A stretch of DNA of 60,894 nucleotides from Patescibacteria group bacterium (GTDB lineage: Bacteria; Patescibacteriota; Minisyncoccia; Phycocordibacterales; UBA9973). Where the stretch lies: the NCBI GenBank assembly GCA_030916965.1, contig JAUPVQ010000030.1:1-60894 (forward strand). Reading direction: 5' to 3'. Positions 47,101 to 53,931 of the stretch are shown here, in pieces (the first letter of the stretch is position 1; every line of letters starts with the position of its first letter). The notes beneath the pieces are model-generated. The model was not told the DNA's origin and searched no databases. It saw only the letters and a program-made list of their open reading frames with translations. A program made the translations under genes and the position numbers.

Positions 47101-47399
47101 AATTCTTTAACAAACACAATATAGATTGCACTGTAGTGTTAAAGGCTCATGAGGGTAGCCCTAATGTGATAAATATTATCGATGGCAAAAAGGTAGCCTT
47201 TGTTGTAAACTTAAGTGACACAGTTCACAAGCATATAAATAAAATAACTACCGATGGCTACCGTATTCGCAGAGCAACAGTCGACAATCAAATCCCACTC
47301 TTTACCGATCTCCACCTTGCCCGCGCATTCGTAAAAGCATTAGCGCATTACGATATAAATGATTTAGAAATTAAAAGTTATAGGGAGTATTTGAATTAA
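44193..47399 (+). CDS. carB: Carbamoyl-phosphate synthase large subunit
   Basis: 1068 aa with duplicated ATP-grasp halves ([49 protein letters not shown]) and an MGS-like C-terminus. Confidence 0.95.
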   Translation: [1068 protein letters not shown]

Positions 47400-47402
47400 A
47401 AT

Positions 47403-47996
47403 ATGGAAATAAATAAAAATTCTGCAACTGAAAATAATATTATATTTGAATATTCTGAAATAAGAGGTAGTTTTTTTCCTGCTTACTTTGCTTATATTAT
47501 TTTAATAATAGGACTTTTATCGGGATTTCTGTACACATTACAAATAACTATTCTGGTGGCTTTAGTAAGAATATCTTATGTAGTAATGAGAACAAAGTCA
47601 ACATCGATTAATTCAGAAACTATAAAAGTTGTATATAAGTATCTAAAGAAAAAAAGTTGTGAACTTAAATTAAATGATTGTAAAGGCTATTTTGGCTATT
47701 CAAAAATTGAGGATTTCAGCAGTTATGCGGGCTCCCTTCAACGAGGAATTATATTAAAGTTTTCAAATGGAAAATCACTTAAAATAAACATAAGCAGAAT
47801 ACGAGTGACCGGAGTACATTCTTATGATATACCAAAGGTACATAAACTAGATAATTTTCTGAACCTTCTAAAAACAAGAAAAATTAAAAATGTTACCCCA
47901 GAAGTAAAGAATTCTAGACAATACACACCCGATTACCCTTTTTATTATTTAGGAGAAAATAAGCGTGCAGAAAAAGCTTTTCAAAGTCAATTGTAA
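47403..47996 (+). CDS. Hypothetical 2-TM protein inserted in the pyr operon
   Basis: 197-aa ORF, visibly more AT-rich than carB and pyrB. It has two adjacent TM helices and then a soluble domain. No family was recognised. Confidence 0.45.
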   Translation: MEINKNSATENNIIFEYSEIRGSFFPAYFAYIILIIGLLSGFLYTLQITILVALVRISYVVMRTKSTSINSETIKVVYKYLKKKSCELKLNDCKGYFGYSKIEDFSSYAGSLQRGIILKFSNGKSLKINISRIRVTGVHSYDIPKVHKLDNFLNLLKTRKIKNVTPEVKNSRQYTPDYPFYYLGENKRAEKAFQSQL

Positions 47997-48019
47997 TTAT
48001 TATTAATTAACAAAATTTT

Positions 48020-48949
48020 ATGCGACATATATTACATACAAATCAGTTTGCGAAGGATGATGTAGAGCAGATATTGGGTGCTGTGCCAAAGATGAAGGAG
48101 CTTTGTGATAATTTGCGAAGTGGTGCTCGTATTGAACGACCGCTCGAGGGCAAGATTATCGCTTGTGTATTCTTTGAGCCTTCGACTCGGACAAGATTAT
48201 CTTTCGAGACAGCAAGTTTGCGATTGGGTGCGAAAGTTATTTCAGCTGAAAATGCCAAGGAGAATTCTTCTGCACAAAAAGGAGAGACTATCGAGGATAC
48301 AGGGCGGACACTTTCTTGCTATGCCGATGCGATTGTCATGCGACATTATGAAATGGGTGCAGCCGAGAAGATGTCCAAAGTAGCAACAGCTCATGTGGTC
48401 AATGCAGGGGACGGTGCCAACCAGCACCCATCGCAAGGATTGCTTGATTTGTACACTATACAAAAAGAGCATGGACGATTAGATAATTTGAAAGTCGCAT
48501 TTGTGGGTGATGTACTCAATAGTCGAACACTACGATCGCTTGTGCCACTACTCATACTTTATCCAAATAATAAATTTTATTTTATTTCGCCAAAAGAATT
48601 AAAATTGGACGATGAATATAGGAAATTTTTACAAGATAGAAATGTAGATTTTGTAGAGCTCGATGAGCTCAACGGTACACTACCTGAAGTGGATGTTCTA
48701 TATATGACACGGGTGCAAAAAGAAAGATTTGCAAATGCAGAGGATTTTGAGAGAGTTAAGGACTCATTCCTCCTAACCCCAGAACATGTTGCGAAACTAA
48801 AAGGTGACGCAATTATAATGCACCCATTGCCAAGAATAAACGAGATCGACCCAGTGATAGATGGCGATTCAAGAGCAGCCTACTTCCGCCAAGCTCAGAA
48901 CGGTCTATATGTGAGAATGGCATTATTGCTTCATGTATTTGAACTATAG
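48020..48949 (+). CDS. pyrB: Aspartate carbamoyltransferase catalytic subunit
   Basis: FFEPSTRTRLSFE, HPSQGLLD and MHPLPR motifs. Confidence 0.9.
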   Translation: MRHILHTNQFAKDDVEQILGAVPKMKELCDNLRSGARIERPLEGKIIACVFFEPSTRTRLSFETASLRLGAKVISAENAKENSSAQKGETIEDTGRTLSCYADAIVMRHYEMGAAEKMSKVATAHVVNAGDGANQHPSQGLLDLYTIQKEHGRLDNLKVAFVGDVLNSRTLRSLVPLLILYPNNKFYFISPKELKLDDEYRKFLQDRNVDFVELDELNGTLPEVDVLYMTRVQKERFANAEDFERVKDSFLLTPEHVAKLKGDAIIMHPLPRINEIDPVIDGDSRAAYFRQAQNGLYVRMALLLHVFEL

Positions 48950-48979
48950 ATAATGAAGTAAGACTTCCTAAATAATAAA

Positions 48980-49843
48980 ATGAAAGAAAATAATTTTGAA
49001 AATGTAAAAAATTCAGTTGAAAAAAACAAGATACTTACAGAGGGATTTTCACATAATGAAGAGATATGGCCTTATTATGATACAAATTTAAACGAGTTTG
49101 GTAGTAGCTTTGCAAAAACACTCCCAGGTAATTATGTAGATTCAATTGATAAAAATTATGAAGCCAAAATTTCTGATTACGGAGAAGCATTTACTCAGTA
49201 TATAATAGACACGCTTTCTAAAAGTAAAAATAAGGAATTGTATGCAATAGAATTTGGTGGATCTGGATCAAAATTATTTGGAGATTTTAATAAAAAACAT
49301 TTATTTCACAAAACAGCAGGTGTATGCTTGAAAGACATTCATAATTTACCTACAGATAAGATGTATAATAGTTATAACAATCATTCAGTAATTGAAGGAG
49401 ATATATTAGATTTAAATGAGAAACCACTAAACGAAAAAATTGAGAATAATTTAGGAGTAAAGAAAGTTGATTTAATAATGTCTAGATTGATGGGGCCATT
49501 ACTAGAGTTTAAAAAAAATCCTGCCATATTGAATCGAATTATAAATAATTGGTATAAAATGCTAAATGAAAATGGATTGATATTTGCCCAGTTTGATTAT
49601 TTCCCTGAACATAATCGTAATATAAATCTAAAAAAGTTGGAAAGTCATTTTCCTTCTAAAGAAAGGGAATCGGAAGAATTTGTAAAACAATGGGCAGATT
49701 TGATACAAAAAAAATTTCCAAACAAAATCGAGATTCAACTTGGAAGAGGAATATTAAGATTACACAAAAATTTTGGTGCCCCAGATGAACTACCTAAGAA
49801 TAGTGAATTATTTAAAGATAAACAGTTAAAGCTTTTTAAATAA
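48980..49843 (+). CDS. Hypothetical protein (weak resemblance to a SAM-dependent methyltransferase fold)
   Basis: 287-aa AT-rich ORF. YAIEFGGSGSKLF could be a degenerate motif I. The functional call has low confidence. Confidence 0.4.
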   Translation: MKENNFENVKNSVEKNKILTEGFSHNEEIWPYYDTNLNEFGSSFAKTLPGNYVDSIDKNYEAKISDYGEAFTQYIIDTLSKSKNKELYAIEFGGSGSKLFGDFNKKHLFHKTAGVCLKDIHNLPTDKMYNSYNNHSVIEGDILDLNEKPLNEKIENNLGVKKVDLIMSRLMGPLLEFKKNPAILNRIINNWYKMLNENGLIFAQFDYFPEHNRNINLKKLESHFPSKERESEEFVKQWADLIQKKFPNKIEIQLGRGILRLHKNFGAPDELPKNSELFKDKQLKLFK

Positions 49844-49850
49844 TAAAACA

Positions 49851-49881
49851 AACCGCAATATTTTATATTTATATTGCGGTT
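49851..49881. terminator. Bidirectional intrinsic terminator
   Basis: AACCGCAATAT-TTTATATTT-ATATTGCGGTT with T-rich flanks on both strands. Confidence 0.6.
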
Positions 49882-49900
49882 CGTGTTATTTTTGCATTCT

Positions 49901-50119
49901 TTAAAAGGCTTCTTTTTTATTTCTTATTTTATTATAAAGTCTTTTTAAAAATGTGGGTTTTGATCTTTCTTCTTCTTTTTCCTCCTCTTCAGTTTTAATT
50001 TTTGGAGGGTTTTTGTAAGGTAAATGATACCCATCTTTTTCTTCTTTGGGTGGTGAGTAAACTCCATCCACACCAAAAACCTCTTTTTTCTTCATGAGTT
50101 TTCTCTTTTTCTTAATCAT
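49901..50119 (-). CDS. Small Lys/Glu-rich hypothetical protein
   Basis: 72-aa ORF lying between the bidirectional terminator and the divergent dnaX. Its low-complexity basic composition leaves coding status uncertain. Confidence 0.3.
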   Translation of the reverse strand: MIKKKRKLMKKKEVFGVDGVYSPPKEEKDGYHLPYKNPPKIKTEEEEKEEERSKPTFLKRLYNKIRNKKEAF

Positions 50120-50231
50120 GGCATATTACAATTATATGTCAATCCCGTTGCTCGCTAGCTACGGGATAAACATATTTTGGTGCTTATGGTTTATTTGGTA
50201 TACTAATCATATGAAAAAAGAGGAAAGTCAT

Positions 50232-51266
50232 ATGGCCCTGTATCGTAAATACCGACCACAGAATTTTAGTGATGTTATTGGGCAAGATCATATCGTGACC
50301 GCTATTAAAGGAGCTCTAGACGCTGGCAAAGTCGCTCATGCGTATTTGTTATGTGGATCACGCGGTACAGGCAAGACTACAATTGCGCGTATTATCGCCC
50401 GTGAGCTCGGCACAAGCTCGAATGACATCTATGAGCTTGATGGTGCAAGTAATAGAAAGATTGAAGATGTCCGCGAGATTCGTGAGAATATTCGCACACT
50501 GCCATTTGATTCCAAATACAAAGTCTATATTCTCGACGAGGTGCATATGTTTACAAAAGAGGCATGGAATGCACTATTGAAAACTATCGAGGAGCCACCA
50601 GAGCATGTGATATTTATTCTTGCTACGACCGAGCTTGATAAAGTCCCAGAGACAATCATTTCGCGTTGTCAGACTTTCACCTTTCATAAGCCTAGTGATT
50701 TGATTTTGGCAGAAGTTATCAAAAATACTAGTCAAAAAGAAGGCTATGTATTAGAAGAGGGTGGTGCTGAGCTCCTAGCTCTCATTGGTGATGGATCTTT
50801 TCGAGACACATTATCGAACTTGGATAAAGTAATTTCTTTTGCTAAAGGTAAAAAAATATCTTTATCTGACATCGCAAGTGTAACAGGTGCACCTGAGCGT
50901 ATTCTTGTTGAAGATTTCATCTTGGCAATTACAAATAATGATATAGACAAAGGTTATGAAGTAATCCGTGACGCTAGTATGCAAAATATTGATATGAAAA
51001 TCTATATTAAAATGATTCTTGCCACTTTGCGATACGCACTTATGCTCCGCTATGCGCCAAATAATAAAAATAAAATCTTGGACTCTTTATCAAAACGTGA
51101 CGTAGAATTTATTGGTAATATTATAAAAGACAAGCCTGAATTCATAACTTCACGAACTCTATCTATATTGCTTGATGCATATCAGAGTCTACGCTATGCA
51201 TTTATTGCAGAATTGCCACTTGAGCTTGCACTTGTAAATATACTCAAAAAAGATATTGGTGTATAA
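50232..51266 (+). CDS. dnaX: DNA polymerase III subunit gamma/tau (short form, domains I-III)
   Basis: The start is set at MALYRKYRPQNFSDVIGQ (50232), preceded by GAGGAAAG. GSRGTGKTT, ILDEVHM and SRCQ are present. The tracked N-terminal extension is hydrophobic and was rejected. Confidence 0.85.
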   Translation: MALYRKYRPQNFSDVIGQDHIVTAIKGALDAGKVAHAYLLCGSRGTGKTTIARIIARELGTSSNDIYELDGASNRKIEDVREIRENIRTLPFDSKYKVYILDEVHMFTKEAWNALLKTIEEPPEHVIFILATTELDKVPETIISRCQTFTFHKPSDLILAEVIKNTSQKEGYVLEEGGAELLALIGDGSFRDTLSNLDKVISFAKGKKISLSDIASVTGAPERILVEDFILAITNNDIDKGYEVIRDASMQNIDMKIYIKMILATLRYALMLRYAPNNKNKILDSLSKRDVEFIGNIIKDKPEFITSRTLSILLDAYQSLRYAFIAELPLELALVNILKKDIGV

Positions 51267-51297
51267 TATTTATATTATAAGTTTTAATTAAAGTTCT

Positions 51298-51777
51298 ATG
51301 AATAAAAAAATTATTTTAGTAATTGTAGTATTGGTGTTGGTAGTAGGCGGGTATATGATTTACAAGAATAACAATGCTCCATACGAACCAGAGAATTTCA
51401 AAGTAGAGGAAACTGCTAAAACAGAAGTTAATGACGATGCTAATTTAGAGGCAAATGAAGTAACAGATGATACAGTAAAAGCTGATGATAAAGTTGTAAA
51501 TACAGTAAAAGAATTTACAGTAGATGGATCTAATTTCAAATTCGCTCCAAGTACTATCACAGTCAAAAAGGGTGATACTGTTAAGCTTACTTTAAAGAAT
51601 ATCCAAGGATTCCATGATTTCAAAATCGATGCATTCAAGGTTGCGACAAAGCAGATCAAAGAGGGTACAACAGAGACTGTAACATTTGTAGCCGACAAGG
51701 ATGGTACTTTTGAATACTATTGTTCAGTAGGCAAACACAAAGCTATGGGAATGGTAGGGACTCTGATAGTTGAATAG
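51298..51777 (+). CDS. Membrane-anchored cupredoxin (type 1 copper) domain protein
   Basis: N-terminal TM helix. The copper ligand pattern is H (GFHDF) ... C (YYCS) ..H (GKH) .. M (AMGM). Confidence 0.75.
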   Translation: MNKKIILVIVVLVLVVGGYMIYKNNNAPYEPENFKVEETAKTEVNDDANLEANEVTDDTVKADDKVVNTVKEFTVDGSNFKFAPSTITVKKGDTVKLTLKNIQGFHDFKIDAFKVATKQIKEGTTETVTFVADKDGTFEYYCSVGKHKAMGMVGTLIVE

Positions 51778-51803
51778 TATACTGCTATTTATAAGTCTCT
51801 GGG

Positions 51804-51832
51804 TTGACTAAATCAAACAAATTGTGTATAGT
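51804..51832 (+). promoter_or_regulatory. Near-consensus promoter (TTGACT-N17-TATAGT)
   Basis: TTGACT at 51804-51809 and TATAGT at 51827-51832. Confidence 0.5.
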
Positions 51833-51839
51833 AAAATAT

Positions 51840-51914
51840 ATGTATAATAATTTTATAAAAACATTGAATAAGGGTAAGAAGGCCTCAGCCGAGAGCTTAT
51901 TTTCTTCTTGTTAG
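51840..51914 (+). CDS. Candidate leaderless 24-codon leader peptide (MYNNFIKTLNKGKKASAESLFSSC)
   Basis: The ATG lies 7 nt after the -10 box, the same geometry as many genes in this window. The ORF ends 18 nt before a strong terminator, upstream of the aspartokinase gene. It is too short to be sure it is translated. Confidence 0.25.
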   Translation: MYNNFIKTLNKGKKASAESLFSSC

Positions 51915-51932
51915 TATAAAATACTTCTAAAG

Positions 51933-51960
51933 AAAAACGCTCTCAAATGAGAGCGTTTTT
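51933..51960 (+). terminator. Intrinsic terminator (possible attenuator)
   Basis: AAAAACGCTCTC-AAAT-GAGAGCGTTTTT is a perfect 12-bp stem with a T run. Confidence 0.7.
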
Positions 51961-52078
51961 CTATGGAGGTTGAGATTTCGGCACAAAAATTGCGCCAAAA
52001 TCCCAGCCTCTAAACATCGTGTTTAGAATTTACTGGATTAGACCTTTGAAAAATAAATAAAAACAAAAAACGAATAGT

Positions 52079-53425
52079 ATGAAAACAAATGTAGCAAAAC
52101 TAGGTGGATCATCTCTGAAATCATCTTCTGTAATGGCTCAATCAATAAATTATATTATTGAGCCAGGCGATTGTTACCACATTGTGGTATCTGCACCAGG
52201 AGAATCAGACGAAGAAGGAAAAGAGCACGGCAGGATCACTCAAGACCTTAAAAGAGTTTATGAGCTTATGGAAAAAGGGTTACCTTGGGAAGACGAAATG
52301 AACGAAGTCCTTAAAGTTTTTTCCCGGATGGCAGGTGAGCTAAATGTAGCTCTAGAAACAATTGATGACTTCTCATCAGGAGTTATTCAAAGAATTAAAA
52401 AAAATGGGATGTATCGCGATTATGTCTTGCGACTAGGTGAATATTTCAACGGAAGATTGATAACTGCTTACCTAAACAAAACAGGAAGAAGAGCAAAAAT
52501 GGTTGACCCAATGGAGTGTATTTATTTCTACAAAGACGGTACTGTAAATTATGAAAAATCATATATACACATCCGTACATTGTGTAAGGGTAATTACATA
52601 TTTATTATTCCAGGCTTCTATGGTCAGGATTGGGATGGGAGGGTAAAAACTTTTCCGTTTAACGGATCTGATGTTACCGGTGCTATCGTAGCGGCAGCAC
52701 TTGATGCAAAAATTTATGACAAGGGGACAGATGTAGGTGGTATATATACTGCCAGACCAAATTTAGAGAATTCTAATCCTCAAATTATAAAAAAAATGAC
52801 CCTATCAGACTTAAGAAAATTAACTTATTTAGGTATGAGTGCTGTGCATGAGGACACTCTTGCCCCACTTTTTGAGAAAGGTATTACAATGCGGGTACGC
52901 AACCCAAACACTCCAGAAAACATGGGCACTTTAGTTGTTCCTGAGATATCAGAAAGACCTAAGGGAATAATCGGATTAGCAGGTAAAAATAATTTTATTA
53001 TTTTATCTATCGAGAAGAGGATGATGAACAGTGAAGTTGGTTCGGCATTACGTACTCTGTCAGTCCTAAAGGATCTTAAAATTCCTTTTGACCATGCACC
53101 TACTGGTATTGATACTATGTGCTTTGCAATAGATTTACAATATCTATCTAATAATTTTCCTTATCATACTGAAATTATCAGTAGGGTTAAAAATGCTATT
53201 GAAGCAGATATAGTAAAGATTATAGACGATATTGCTATACTTTCTGTAGTATGGACGGAATATGATCTTTATTTTGATCACCAGATTTCAGGAGCATTAT
53301 TGCGCGAGGGAGTAAAAGCTCTACAAATAGATGGAGGAGCATTTACTGGTCAGAAATTAGTATACCTGAATAAAGCTGATTTGTTACGAGCCGAAGAGGC
53401 CCTACACAAAGAGTTTTTTGGATAA
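52079..53425 (+). CDS. Aspartate kinase (amino-acid kinase family with a C-terminal regulatory region)
   Basis: N-terminus VAKLGGSSL, VVSAPGE, and FNGSDVTGAIVAAAL; the length is appropriate for an aspartokinase. Confidence 0.65.
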   Translation: MKTNVAKLGGSSLKSSSVMAQSINYIIEPGDCYHIVVSAPGESDEEGKEHGRITQDLKRVYELMEKGLPWEDEMNEVLKVFSRMAGELNVALETIDDFSSGVIQRIKKNGMYRDYVLRLGEYFNGRLITAYLNKTGRRAKMVDPMECIYFYKDGTVNYEKSYIHIRTLCKGNYIFIIPGFYGQDWDGRVKTFPFNGSDVTGAIVAAALDAKIYDKGTDVGGIYTARPNLENSNPQIIKKMTLSDLRKLTYLGMSAVHEDTLAPLFEKGITMRVRNPNTPENMGTLVVPEISERPKGIIGLAGKNNFIILSIEKRMMNSEVGSALRTLSVLKDLKIPFDHAPTGIDTMCFAIDLQYLSNNFPYHTEIISRVKNAIEADIVKIIDDIAILSVVWTEYDLYFDHQISGALLREGVKALQIDGGAFTGQKLVYLNKADLLRAEEALHKEFFG

Positions 53426-53434
53426 TTTTTAATC

Positions 53435-53470
53435 TTGCCCTGGTATTAAATATCAGGGCAATTTTATTTG
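53435..53470 (+). terminator. Intrinsic terminator
   Basis: TTGCCCTGGTA-TTAAA-TATCAGGGCAA followed by TTTTATTT. Confidence 0.6.
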
Positions 53471-53514
53471 CCACTTTTCTCTTTTTATGTTTAAATAAAG
53501 AAAAAACAAGAAAT

Positions 53515-53760
53515 ATGAAAAAATTCGTAATTTTCCTTAGAATTCTAGGGATATCATTTTTTTCATATCGGGCGTATGTTACCTATGGAAAAATTGATAT
53601 TAACTCTGTTGAGCCATCCCTTTATTCATCCATGTTTTATATCTGGATTATCTTAATCATGCTGGTAATCATTAAATGGACTGCTGAACTTTTTTCAAGT
53701 AAAAAAGTTAATGATGATGCTAGAGATAAACAATTTAAAGATATACAGAAGTATTTATAA
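53515..53760 (+). CDS. Small 2-TM hypothetical protein
   Basis: 81-aa ORF with two hydrophobic helices, bounded by terminators on both sides. Confidence 0.4.
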   Translation: MKKFVIFLRILGISFFSYRAYVTYGKIDINSVEPSLYSSMFYIWIILIMLVIIKWTAELFSSKKVNDDARDKQFKDIQKYL

Positions 53761-53782
53761 GTGTATATCTGAACCTATTAAG

Positions 53783-53815
53783 AGCCCGTCTTTATTTAAG
53801 ACGGGCTTATTTAAT
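53783..53815 (+). terminator. Intrinsic terminator
   Basis: AGCCCGTCTT-TATTT-AAGACGGGCT followed by TATTTAATT. Confidence 0.6.
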
Positions 53816-53855
53816 TGTATTTTTTGTGTTTTTAGTGTATTTTGTATATGTATAT

Positions 53856-53926
53856 TAGGGGATCGTCTAACGGTAGGACAGAAGCCTTTGAAGCTTTTAA
53901 TCTAGGTTCGATTCCTAGTCCCCTAG
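53856..53926 (+). tRNA. tRNA-Gln (anticodon TTG)
   Basis: Acceptor stem TAGGGGA/TCCCCTA (U1-A72 and G73, as in bacterial tRNA-Gln), D arm GTCT-AACGGTA-GGAC, anticodon arm GAAGC-CTTTGAA-GCTTT, T arm CTAGG-TTCGATT-CCTAG. Confidence 0.8.
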
Positions 53927-53931
53927 CATAA

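Noticed and set aside
50232-51266. Programmed frameshift site in dnaX
   Set aside because: The gene is a short gamma-like form that ends at a normal stop. I saw no slippery A AAA AAG heptamer followed by a stem-loop in a position that would yield a tau/gamma pair.
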